DNA of 64,000 bases from Phyllosticta citribraziliensis (GCF_038025025.1 NW_027117344.1:620001-684000); one strand, 5' to 3'. Positions 39,142 through 51,652 are shown, numbered from the stretch's first letter. The notes: generated by a model from the sequence alone, not told the origin. A program made the numbers and translations.

Positions 39142-40616
39142 ATGCCTTTCACGAATTTCGCCGTCCCCGAAAAATATCGATACCAGAATGGCTTCAACTC
39201 CTACCATGAGTGCGTGCCTGGTCACCCGACCCACGTTGCCCGTCACTAACCCCCCGCCACAGGACTGAAGCCGTAGAGGGCGCTCTGCCCATCGCCACAA
39301 ACTCGCCCCAGACACCACCCTATGGTCTGTATGCTGGAAAGCTGTCGGGCACCGCCTTTACTGCTCCACGTGCCGAGAATCAGCAGACCTGGCTGTATCG
39401 AATCCTGCCTGCGTCGGCCCACAGCAACTTTGAGCCGCGAGAGCATCAGACCTTCAACACCAACCCGGAAAACAAGCCTTGGGAGAAGATTTACCAGATT
39501 CCCAACCAGCTGCGATGGGATCCTTTCGACCTCGACGAGACGGTCGACTGGGTCCACGCCCTGCACCTCATCGCCGGCGCTGGAAGTCCCGTCACCAAAT
39601 CGGGTGTCGGTTACTACATTTATGCTGCAGGCAAGGACATGGACCAGAACTCGGCCTTTTACTCTGCAGACGGCGACTTTCTCATCGTCCCCCAACATGG
39701 CGTCCTCGACATCCAGACAGAGCTGGGCAAGCTCCTCGTCAGACCCAATGAGATTTGCGTCATTCCACGGGGTGTTCGGTATCGCGTGACCCTACCCCAG
39801 GGTCCGGTCCGAGGCTACATCTGCGAGCTGTACCAAGGCCACTTTGCCCTCCCTGAGCTGGGACCCATCGGCAGCAACTGTCTCGCCAACGCGCGCGACT
39901 TTCAAGCCCCAGTGGCATATTTTGATGAGGACACGAGCACAGAGTGGACGCTCTTATCCAAGTTTGCCGGTCAGCTTTTTGCCGCTAAGCAGAACCACAC
40001 CCCTTTTGACGTGGTCGCCTGGCACGGGCTGTACTATCCGTACAAGTACGACCTGGGAAGGTACAATGCCATTGGTAGCATTTCCTACGACCATCCGGAT
40101 CCGTCCATTTACACGGTCCTTACGGCGCCAACGGACCACGCAGGGACAGCGGTTGCCGACTTTGTAATCTTTCCGCCGCGGTGGCTGGTGGCCGAGGAAA
40201 CATTCCGGCCCCCTTGGTACCATCGCAACACCATGTCCGAGTTCATGGGATTGATCCACGGCCAGTACGACGCCAAGACGGGGGGCGGGTTTCAACCAGC
40301 TGGCGCCAGTCTGCACAACGTCATGTCCGCGCACGGCCCGGACGCGACGACGCATGAAAAGGCGTCATCAGTCGAGCTGAAGCCGCAAAAGGTCGGCGAG
40401 GGCAGCATGGCGTTCATGTTTGAAAGCTGCCTCATGGTCGGCGTGACAGAGTGGGGCCTGAGCAAGTGCGCCAAAATCCAGGACGGATACAACAGTGAGA
40501 GTTGGGTACCGTTGAAGCCGCATTTCAAGATTCCAGCAGGGAAGAAGCGCATCGCAAACGAGGTCACTGCGGACGGTGGCCAGGCGGACGCAAGGCAACA
40601 ACCGCACTATGCGTAG
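39142..40616 (+). CDS. hmgA: Homogentisate 1,2-dioxygenase, 1 intron (39210-39262)
   Basis: Exon 1 [92 protein letters not shown]. Confidence 0.96.
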
Positions 40617-43444
40617 ACGCTGATTTCCTTGGATAATGATTCAGTTTGACGAAATGATGTGGAACGAAATTGTTTGGATGGCTTGCCGTTTACTCGGATG
40701 CTAGGTAAAATACCACGCCGACCTTTCTTTTCTTTTCACACTGTGGCCCGTCGCCTTCCATTGACGAATCATCAAACGGCTGCAACGTGGCTCATCAACA
40801 CGCCTTGCCCTTGCGCTGTGTATACTGTACATGCGCAGAAGCCACTCATTACCCCATAGTTCCCCACCCCCGCCCGCCCCTCTCGCGCCTCGCTGCGTCA
40901 ATACCAGATGAAACAAGCACAATCATCGCAGATGCAACAGCGTAGCATCGAACACGACATTTTTGCTCCATCGCTCCCGCTGCCGCATCTCTCCGCCGCC
41001 CGCAGCGGTTCCGTCGCCCGTCCCGTCCGTCGGCCGCCGTTGCGCGTCGTCATCGACGGGTTTTCCAGAAGGTGGTGGGCCCCTGGTGTTGACCTTGACC
41101 TTGTCCCTGTCCCTGTTTATGATCGCGGGGGGGATGGTGTGCCCTGTCCCTGTCGTCCGTTTGCTGCTAACCGGGTTCTGCGATCGATGATCGTTCGTGA
41201 TCTTGCATCTTGACCTGTGCGCCAATTGAGTGGGCACACTGCGTCAATCCTGTACTTGTCGGTAAGTACAGTATAAGCCATCAGAGTATCTTCCCCATTC
41301 TTCGCGACTGAGGGACGGTGTTGCGAGAAAGCACTGTTCATCATGCCCTCCACCGCTGACTGACAATACATCATCATCCTCCCCCATATCTCTTCCCGCT
41401 CCTCCCACCTCGAACGGCAAAGCACTCACCCAACCCTCCCCACCCCTACCTTACCAGCCCTGGCGGCAAGGCCTCCCTGCCTCGTCCGCGCGGCCTCCCG
41501 ACACCCCGGTCCCTGCCCACCTGCCTATCTGCGCCGTTGCTTGCGTAGCTTGTCGGGTCGGTCCTCCGGCACATCTGAGAACCGAGTGCGTCTGCCGGCG
41601 GGCTTGCGCGTTGAGCGTGGCGTGGAGGGAGGAAGTGGATGAGTGGTTTGGCTGCGTGGATTGTGGCTGTGAATCGCTGGGGAGATGTGTGGGGTCTGGA
41701 GATGTTGCTCGCGAGGAAGAAGAGAGAGAAAGGAGGAGTGGGAAAAGTGTGGCTCTAGAGGGTGCCTGGCCAAACCGTTGTGCCGCGGTAGGCAGAAGAA
41801 GTAAAGACGGCGGAGTAGAGGTTTATTTACCGATATGCGCGAAAGAGGCAGTTTAGTTTGCGAAGTGGCAGCTGTGTGGACCAGGGACTTGTGCTCTGTC
41901 TGTTTCCAGTGCCAGCAAAAACTCGCAGTGAATCAGCCACTGCACCCACAGGAGCGCACTAGGATCACACAAAGCCTACCGCCATCAAATCGACCCTCGA
42001 CCCCAGGCAAAGCAATTCAATCACACCGGAGGAAATCGGGTCATCCAGACCACCTAGAGCAGCAATCAGGGGCCCGGAGTTGCATTGCGTTAGTGAGGTA
42101 CGCTGCAGTCAAACCAGCCATAGCGCCATCGCATCCCGCCAGACGACACAAAACGCATAAGACAGACGCCGTTTCGCCCCCGTCACTTCCTCCCTCTCCC
42201 CCTGCCCCGTTCTCCTGACGCTCTCCCATCACACCTCAAACCCATGGCAGGTTTCCCTTCCCGCCCAGGCACCTGAGACGCGCGCGCGTGCCATGGTGCG
42301 GGAGGGAGGGAGGGAGGGCCAACGACGGCGGCGTTGCGGCAGGCTAACCAAACGGTCCTTAGACGACGAGCGACGGCTGCAGGCGTTGGGAGAGGCCCGC
42401 GCCGTCGCGTCTTCGGCCAAGGTTCTTGGGCGGTTCTTGAGGGGGTCTTGGTGAGGGGTAGATTTTTGGTCGTGGTGGTAGCATCATGGTTTGGTGTGTA
42501 GTTGGCAAGAGATCAGCACAAATGCATAAATTATGGTTGGTTGTCGCGTGCGGGCGCATTGAGCGGCGGCGACGTGTCTATGTACATTTTTGAACAAGGC
42601 GGTAGAAGGAGTTGCGTGATTGGGTGGGTGGAGGGTAAGGGAGAAGTGAAGTGTAGAAGGAAAACTGTTTTTGGGTTGACAAATGGCAGACAGGCATATT
42701 ACGGAATGAGACAGACAATAGATGGACAAGTAGAGGGGATAGTGGTAGCGATCATATGATCGAAGGATGAGACAACCAAGGTGGTGAGGGAAGCGGAAGA
42801 AGTCAGGTAGTGAAAAAGTCAAGACTGGTGGACTTGGGTATAAGGAGAGTGTTGCGCCGTGCAGCTACCAAGAAGTGAACCAAATAGAGCAGACAGAGGT
42901 CGCTGACATGAAAAGAAAAATTAAGTTGGCCAAGATTGGCCACGCAGAAGAACAGAGCAACAAAGAGTGCTCGTAGTCCGAGCAATCGAATCGAAAAATG
43001 GGTCGACAGAAAGGAAGGAAAGCAAAGCATGTAGCGTATGACCTCGATGTACACGCAGCGCCGACGCAATGGTCGACGCGGAAAGCGTGTGGAGCAGTTA
43101 CGGGGGCCCACAACTACGCAGAACTAGAAGCAAGATTTCGATTTTCGAAGCCGAAGGAGCTCAGCGCCTTTGCGCCGTCCGTGGAAGGTTACAGCAAATA
43201 GTCGAACCAGATGGCTTTCGGGGCAAGGGTAGATGCAAAATGAAACAGCGAACTCCGTCCAAGGCCGTTTTTCCATCCAGGTGTCGTGTCCAGTCCAGTC
43301 CCGAACTGGATTTGTAGATTCTGGTCGATCCTGAAACCCGCGCGTCGGCTCTCACCTCAGCACATCATCATCGCAAACGCTTGATCCGCCACGATTCTGA
43401 CTGGATTGTCAAGTGAATTCGCGACATCATGATGCGGCTCCAAC

Positions 43445-44484
43445 TCAAAACAGAGCTGCTGCCATGGCAATGGCAACAACTGCGCCTCCAATGCGGTTTC
43501 GTGCAGCAGCAGCGGTCGTGACCTGAGGAGGCCCAGTAGTCAAGGGAGTGGTTGGAGTAGGCGGTACAACAGGCGTGCTGACATTGACGCCGGGAGTGCT
43601 AGTAGCATTGGCGCCACCACCGACTCCACCGGCGCCGCCAGCAGCGTTGCCTGCACCGCCAGCGCCGCCGGCGCCACCAGCGCCATTACCGGCGGCACGG
43701 GTCGGGATTGGTAGAGGCGCGGTGCCCGGAATGGTGCCAAAGGGGAAGCCAGGTGGAGGAGATACGCCAGCAGGAATGCCGCCAGCGCCGGGAGTGACGA
43801 ATCCCGGAGTGGTGCCAGCGGGAGGAGCGCCGGGAGGACAGAATGCATTGTTTTTGCCCACGTTGGGAATTTCAGGAGTGACGCGGACAAAGTTGGCGCA
43901 TGTGATGCGGGTCAAGTTGGCGTAGTGGAAGACGATGCTGCGGTTGCCAATGAAGTCACCAACTCCAGGGACAAGGGAAAGGTAGACGTCTGGGTAGCTG
44001 TCGTACATGTTAGCCCAATAATCATACAGATTGAATATGAGCTGGACGGTACTTACTTGGCAGAAAAGGCCTGACCTTCAATGACACCATGCTTGCCGCT
44101 CAAGTCACCAACTTGGCATGTCGCTGGCTTCTTGGGGTTGCAAGGAGGCTTCTCACCGCGAATAAAGGGGTCCAAATGGGCCAAGGTCTTTGTACAGTTG
44201 CCGTCAGGGGGAAGAGGCTGGTCGTGCACATGGTAGGGAAACGGGCCACCCTCAGCAGGGAGGCCTGCAATGTTGACCTGGATCTGGACAGGAAGGCCAG
44301 GGCCGACGGAAGAGGCCACCACGACACCTCGTACATTGGACTTGGGTTGGTCGAAAACGGCCTGATAGACGGTGGCCGGAGGATTGTTCAGGTTCTCGAT
44401 GGCATCGCCAAGCTTGCCGGTGGCTTCTTCCTGGGCAAAGGCAAGGGCGCTGAGAGCGGCAACGACGAGGGTGGAGGAGAGCAT
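43445..44484 (-). CDS. Secreted, probably GPI-anchored Cu-only superoxide dismutase (SOD5-like), 1 intron
   Basis: Signal MLSSTLVVAALSALAFA; PFPYHVH, AHLDP, CQVGDLSGKHG, RSIVFHYANLTRITCANF; Pro/Gly/Thr-rich stalk and hydrophobic C-terminus. Confidence 0.88.
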
Positions 44485-47400
44485 TTTGAACGATTGGCTA
44501 CGAGTGGATTCCTCGTGGACGAGCAGTGATGGATGGTGAGCTGGGCAGGCAGCGGACAGGGCGGACTCGAGAGGTTTTGAGAAGGTTGTGAGTCGTAGCA
44601 AGGAAAAAAAGGTAGTCCCAACTGGCCAAAGATTAACGACGGACTGCAAGCGGCTATGTTGGCGCGGGCGTTTACTTTATTAGGAGGGAGAGGAGGAGGA
44701 GTGACGAGAGCAGCGGGGGACGCTGACCAATGATGTCAAGTTGGCAGGGGACTTTGAGATTTGAAAGAGGAGAGTGCTGGGCGCAGAGCGAGTTATTAAT
44801 CCGGAGTCAAGGTAGATGAGAGGGATGTTTTGGGGCGGTGGTCATGAATAATAAGGTGTTGGTGACAGGCGCAGTCCCTGCCGCTCATCCGGGGTAGACA
44901 GGCATGCCCAGTTCTGGCGTGCAGCGGCACTGCAAGGTAGGACACTCTGCGCTCCCGCGTTTCAGCTGCCCTGGCACCCTCGACCGACAAGAAACGGCTT
45001 TGACGACGAGAAGACAGGGCTGACGCACATGAGTGAGCCGCATCCCTCTTCACGCGTCATCAGTCGACCTGGACTGCCGCTGCGCCTGCTCTGCTCTATT
45101 CCACCCTGCTCTGCTCAGCTCAACACATCGCAAGGCGCAGCGAGGCCACAATCCACATGCACCCCAAGGAGAGCACGGCGCCAAGTTGTGTGACTGACCC
45201 CCTGCGTACTCTCCAGTGTCAAGACGGCGTCAGGTCAGTCATTGTGCTACCCCCAGGAACAAACCCGCTGCGCGTTTGTACAGAGACCCAGCCACCGTAG
45301 ATTGCGGCCATGTTCGACGGTAGTCACTCCCGCGGGCCAAATGGCCATGTCGCGTCGCAGCGCTCATCCTCTCTGCTTCAGTCGCCCGTCATCGCGTTTG
45401 ATGCCCGAAAACCGCTCTCTTCTGCGACCGGGCGACCCGTTCGTTGCAAGCTGCTGACCATCTCTCTTTGGTGCCGCGTTTGTCGCTGGTGTGCCACTGG
45501 CCGGCTACTTCGGTACGTCTTGTCAGCCTGCGCCCTTCCTTGCTCTTTTCTTGCTTGGTTGCTTCGGTTGCTTGCTCCCCAGCCACCTCGCCTCAGGAAC
45601 GCAGGCTGTTGTTGCTGCTGCTTCGTCGACACGGCTCCAGATTTGGTCGCACGCCGTCAGCGCGGCTGCCGCTTCCCCTGCCGAACACGAGAATTCTCCA
45701 TTCCTGGCCCTTGGCTGCTGTCTCGCTGACATTGCTCCGTTGGTTGCTTTTCTCGATGCTCACCCAAGACAAGACACACCAACCACCCACCTAAGCGTTG
45801 GAAGAGTGGTAGCTCAGCCCGCCAACGCGCACTGGTTCCCTTTTCGGGAAGAGTCGACGGATCCATCCAACGCAGGGGCGAAGTAGTTCGTCGATCCTTT
45901 GGGGTCGCCCCGCGGGGACTGGGCGGGAACTGGGAACACGACAACAACCCTGCTGCTGCCAAGTCGATTGCCCAGACGGGAGCTAGAGGGAGCCAACCAC
46001 TCCGTCCAACTCCCTTTCCATCTACCACTGCCATGGTATACCTCCGGCTTATTTGGCCACACCGTCAGGCCTTTCCTCCACCATACATCATCAAACCGCT
46101 CCCTCCGTCCTTCTCTGCCGTGACCTTGGAACTCGTCAATATGCCGTGTATGCCTCAATGGCAGACCGGCACCTCTGTTTCTCTTCTCGAACCCAGCTTA
46201 CATCTGACCACCCTACCACCTTACCTCTCCCTCGACGTTGTCGCATACGTCATTTGAACATTTCATTCCTCTGCTCGCCGTCGCGTGCAAAAGAAGGATA
46301 CCGGCTCTCGGCCATGTCTGTCGTCCGTGTGCCCGCGCCTCGAGCAAAACCAGGATGAGGTCGCATCTGACATCGCCGATGCAGCAAGGAGGGAATCGAC
46401 ACGAAGGAAGGTGATGAAGCAGACGTGCTCACCATCGAAGCAGGGAATTCTTTCACCTCGACCTCCGACCACACGCCTCCGACACGCGACCAAACGGGAC
46501 CCCTGCTGCTGCATCTAACGCCGTTGCGCGTTGTTGCAAGGAAGCAAGGGACGACGCGCAAGGTGACGACGTGGGTGCGGCTGCGAGCCAGGGAATCTCT
46601 CTCTGGCTGTGAGTCGTGGCCGCCATGTTTCAGAGGCTCTCTGACCTTGGCTTGCCTGGCTTCCCGGAAGTCTTGGTGTCTCGAATATACTACCTACTAC
46701 AGTACCACTGTCGATACTCTCGTAGACAGGCGCGGATGGATTGATGGTCGGAGGACAAGAATGCCGTCTAGGCCGACCACTTTTGATGGCAATGCGCTCG
46801 TCTGTTGCGTAGCCTGTGTTTAGACTGTGCGCCGAAACAGTGACAGTGACAGTGGTATCGGAGAGTAGATGGGAGGGTATGGGTCACTCGCTCCAGTACT
46901 GTCTCCATGACCCTAGTCGAATGGAGCCAGGAATTGGCCAAAGATGAGAATATGTACTCGGAGCAAATGAGGCGTGTCTCTAGTGGAAGCCAGCCAAATC
47001 AGGCAATTCGTGATGCGGTGGTTCAACTCTCGTGGGTCTCTTTCGCCATCTCTTAGCCCTGCTCAGCGTGAAGCCTCGATGGAACTTTGACTACTTTGAC
47101 CAAGCGGATAGACCGTTCGTCGTTGAGTTGGAGGCTTGTTATGTGACTGGCAGACCTGGAAAGAGACACTGGAGCGCCGTGACAGACGTGGAGGCAGGTC
47201 AGGGGGAGTGAGTAAGAGGTACACAGAATAGGGGGGGTTTGCGATGGTCGACTCGCCACAGTCAACCGTGCGAATCGCTCGTAGAGACCGACTTCCAGCC
47301 GTGCCACTGTAGCCATCAAGGTGCAGAGGGAGGAAACACACGACAGAAACCCCGAGTTCTGGCACCCCAAACACAGCAATACAAACGAGGCCCAAAACAA

Positions 47401-48063
47401 GACGTCCAGGTACAGCTCCAAGCGCCAAAACAGCTGCACAGCAGCAGCAGCACAGCACGACATTTCATTCCTCGACCGCGAAGCATTCTCCGCAACCACA
47501 AAAATTGGCAGACAGACGAGCGTCGAATGGCTGGGATTCTTTTTTTCTTTCATTTCATTTGAGCAACAAGGAGACGAGAGGCACATCGCCGGGTAGCGAT
47601 GATCCCCAGGTTTCCTTAGCGCAACCAAGGCGAGGAGGGTGGGGACATGTTTGTTTGAGTCTGCCAATCCACACCATTGCCTTGGCGTTATCGACTTTGT
47701 GCTTTCCGTCGTTCGCAGCCAGGGCTGAAAGAAGACATGTAGCCCGTGGCTCCCGAGGCAAGCGCATACCGTGAGAAACCTCGTTCGCCTCGAATCGCCC
47801 GCCCCTACGTCGTCGAGTCATTTGTCTCCTTCATTTCCCGGTTCCTCTCTCGAGTCCCGCGCGCGCCTCTCGAAACAAAAACACCGCCGTCTCTGTCCGC
47901 GACCATCTCTCTTTTTCCTCTGAACATTTTGAGGTGCGTTCCCCCCCGGAACAAGGATTGGGGTGATGGTATAATCCACGTAGTCTTTTTCTTTTCGAGT
48001 TTTCAAGGAAATTTATTCATTGAAAAAAAAAAAGTAGCGGGGTTGCGCGCCCGGTTGTGGTAT

Positions 48064-48919
48064 TTAGATGGACGAAGGGTAGAGCATGACGCGGACGGAG
48101 GCGCCGAACGAGCGGGGAGGGAGGTTGTGGTTGAACTGGGCGCGGACGGCACCGTTGTTGCCTGTGAGCCGAATTCCATCAGCAATCAATATCCTCGTCA
48201 TTGTCCCACGTTCCTTTTCGAGATTCTCGAGTCTTCCTCTTCCTCTTCCTCTTCCTCCGGAGACCAGTTCCGTGGTATAGTTCGTCGATGGGTGCTTTCA
48301 TGCTTGCGAAGGAAAAAGGGAAGCGTACCGTGCACGCGCGTGATCTTGCCCCAGATGGCCCTGATCTTGGAGCCGCGGACCTCCTTGGAGGCGCGGTAGA
48401 CGAAAGCGACGCGCTTGCCGAGGTAGAACCTGTGTATTCCGTGTCAGCCCAAATTGCCCATCGCATTCTTCATCCAAAGCGACGCCAGAAGGTTCGTCTC
48501 GTCCTGGTGGGGGAAATCGTACTCAGCCTCGCCCTTGTCCTGGACACCCTCGAGAGCAAGAATGCTGTAGGTCCTTTAGTATCGCGTTCTGAAAAGGCCC
48601 TTGTATCCCTCTTCTTTTTTCGTTTCTTTCTTCATCTTCTGACTGCTGTCGCGGTGGTTTTGGGCGGAGCTGACCTCGTGTTGGGGTTGGTGTTGCGCTT
48701 GCCGCGCTGGTAGCTGAGGTGACGGCCCCTACACACAGTGTCAGGAACTCTGGAATCTTGCGGTGCTCGTAGCGGAGCGATGGTTCGGTGGGCCGTACTT
48801 GACGTAGACTGTGGTAGATCAAAAAATGGTGTTAGCCGTCTGCGCGAATTCTCGACAAAGTCGCCTGTCCCCACGGCAGCAAAATCCCACTTACGCCTGT
48901 GTCCCTTTTGTTCGCTCAT
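48064..48919 (-). CDS. RPL33: 60S ribosomal protein L33 (eL33/L35a), six exons
   Basis: Exons 48895-48919, 48799-48808, 48675-48728, 48523-48564, 48329-48429, 48064-48161 splice at GT-AG to [29 protein letters not shown]...[13 protein letters not shown]...[10 protein letters not shown]. Confidence 0.96.
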
Positions 48920-49364
48920 CTTGTCTGCGGTGCGCTTGGATACGTGGTTGCGGCTCCAGGCGGGGTTTCGGTCGTCTCTCGTCTTGAAAACCGACCCTGC
49001 TCGAGACAAGGAAATTGCCCGGGTGCGTGTGGCGGAGCTAAGGTTTCTCCGCGACCGACAATCCCCGTCGCCCGGACATTTCCCGGCTGATCTATCCATG
49101 ACGCATTTTCAAGCGCTGGATTTGGTACGGTCAAATACTAAGTTCGTCTTGCAAAGTTTTGGCTGTCATCACACAGTCGCGGAACACGCTGGTCAAATCA
49201 TTCGTGCATTCTTTTTTTTCTTTCATAAGCCTTCTAGACGTACAATCATTTCCATACAACCGACCCGAAGTCAATTCACCCAATCCAAGCCACCAGCAAG
49301 CGCTTTTTTTGTTCAATGAAATTCCACCACGCATGCGACCACCTTGCCTCAACGAGCTCGCTGC

Positions 49365-50849
49365 TTACAAAGGCTTGACGAGAGCCTCGCCGCCCTCGGC
49401 CTTCATGTTGCCGTACTTCTTCAGGCGGATGGCCATGACGCTGATGAAGCCGGTGGTGTCACTGGGCTCGAAGTCGCCAATCTCGTCCATGCTGCTCTCG
49501 CTCATGTCGTACAGCTTCTCGGTCTCGGACCAGCGGCCCAGGACGCTGAAGGAGCCCTTGTAGGCGCGGCAGCGGACCTGGCCGTTGACGTGCTTCTGCG
49601 ACGAGACGATCGAGTCCTCGAGGTACTCGCGCTCGGGCGAGAAGTAGAGGCCGTTGTAGAGAATCTATTTCAACGAGTCAGAATGCGTCCTCGAGTTTTG
49701 CTGTGGAATGAACGAACCTTGGCGTAGTTGAAGGTGACAAACTGGTCCCTAAGAGCGCGGACCTCCCTGTCCATGACGAGACCCTCAAGGTCGACGTGGG
49801 CAGCCCTCAGCATGGTGAGACCAGGAGTCTCGTAGCAGCCACGAGACTTGAGACCAATGAACCTGTTCTCGACAATGTCGATCCTGCCGACACCGTGCTT
49901 CCTGGCAATGGCGTTTGCCGTCAGGAAAAGCTCGACGGTGTCCGTGACCTCAGTCTGCTTGCCATCCTTGGTGTAGACGAGCTTCGTAGGCAGACCCTTC
50001 TCGAAGAAGAGGGTAAAGTCCTCGGGGGTCTCGGGGGCCTTGGTGGGGTCCGTGGTGAGCTTCCACATGTCCTCAGGAGGAGTGACGTTGGGGTCCTCGA
50101 GGATACCGGCCTCGTAAGAGCAGTGAGCCAGGTTCTCGTCCATCGACCAAGGCTTGGACTTGGTGCTGGTGACGGGAATGCCCTTCTGGGCGGCGTAGTC
50201 GAGCAGGTCGTTGCGGCCAGCGAAACGCTTGTAAAAGACCTCGTCACGCCAGGGGGCAATGACCTTGATGGTGGGCTGGAGGGCGTAGAATGCGAGCTCG
50301 AAGCGGACTTGGTCGTTGCCCTTGCCAGTGCAGCCGTGCGAGACGGCGAAGCAGCCCTCCTTCTGAGCGACGGCAATCTGGGCGCGGGCAATGACGGGGC
50401 GGGCGAGGGAGGTGCCGAGGAGGTAGACGTTCTCGTAGATGGCGTTGGCCTGGATGGCAGGGTAGCAGAGCTCCTCGACGAACTCGCGGCGGAGGTCCTC
50501 GACGTAGCAGGCAGAAGCACCAATCTGCTTGGCCTTCACCTTGGCAGCCTCAAAGTCCTCCTCCTGACCAACATCGGCCACTGTGTATCGTTAGCATGGC
50601 GCCAGCTCGTTCGAAGATTGGACCGTACTGAAGCAGACGACCTCATAGCCCTTGATTTCTGGTTAGCAGAGGTCGAGAAGTGAGATGAGAGCAACTTACC
50701 TCCTCGAGCAGGTATGCAAGAATGCAGCTGGTGTCAAGACCACCGCTGTAGGCGAGACAAACCTATGGCAGAGGTTAGCACCTTGATGAGATGACTCAAT
50801 GCCGAAGAGCTGTCCCCAGATTGTAAACACTTGCCTTGCCCTTGGACAT
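49365..50849 (-). CDS. ARG1: Argininosuccinate synthase, 4 introns
   Basis: MSKGK|VCLAYSGGLDTSCIL, YLLGTSLARP, SHGCTGKGNDQVRFE, ENRFIGLKSRGCYETP. Confidence 0.97.
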
Positions 50850-51098
50850 GTTGATGTGCTAGTTTAAAGTTGTGTGCGTGGAGGAGAGACGTGAGCGAGG
50901 CTGGAGACTGTAGCGACGAGAGTCAATGGCGCGTGAGGAGTACGAGATGCAATGGTCAAGAGATGGGAGCTTGGGAAATTTGTTTTAATCCATGCAGGTG
51001 GAGCGATAGCGGCATTATCGCGGGGAAGACAGCGCAAGTGCTTCCGTTCACCGCCTGCGAGACACAAGGTCCTGGGGTGTGCCTCTTATCTCAGCGGG

Positions 51099-51105
51099 TG
51101 ACTCA
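51099..51105. promoter_or_regulatory. Gcn4/CpcA site TGACTCA in ARG1 promoter
   Basis: Perfect consensus about 250 nt upstream of the ARG1 ATG; ARG1 is a classical Gcn4/Cpc-1 target. Confidence 0.65.
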
Positions 51106-51652
51106 GCCCCGCGCCGTCGAGATTGGCCCCTCTCCGGGATCGCATCTCATCCATTCCCACTGGTTGCGGCACGCTGCTCTGCGGGTAGACGCGGCGTCCC
51201 GGTCGGGATTATCGTCTTGCATCTCCCAAACGAATACTTGCAGACCAGTGCGTCCAAAAATCGTCTCGCGCCATCATCATGATTTTCTTGTTCAAAGGAG
51301 AGACGATGGAATGCTGTATACCTGCGCAGTTCGAGAATATATGTGTATGCAATTCGTGCCCAACAGCCCCCAGTACTCCTCGCTGATGCTCAAGGTAAAG
51401 AAACAAGTTTTGCTTTGCAACAAAGAAACAACAGTGCCGCTCCCTTCGAGAGCCACCGCCCGCCCATTTGCTTGCGAATTAAAAGAAAAAACAATCCTAA
51501 CGTCGCGACTTGCCCCCAACACACACGCCTGGACACAAAACGACGAATTGTTTGACTGTATGAAGCTCCCGCTCAATGAGCAAGGAGGCCGCCGATAAAA
51601 ACAAGAGGTAGTGATGGATCGTGTGGAACAATGACTGGCACTGTGCGCAGTC

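Noticed and set aside
45242..47800. Many short ORFs between the SOD gene and RPL33
   Set aside because: Low complexity, no homology cues; cannot be supported without transcripts
40620..48000. Possible telomerase RNA in the long non-coding gaps
   Set aside because: No TAACCCTAA/CCCTAA-type template found on either strand by eye
49796..50683. 295-aa + strand ORF opposite ARG1 (similar shadows over TRL1, SSK2, cpcA and the ammonium permease)
   Set aside because: Antisense shadows of highly biased coding sequence
12955..50849. THR4, cpcA and ARG1 as an amino-acid regulon cluster
   Set aside because: Separated by many unrelated genes; proximity is probably chance
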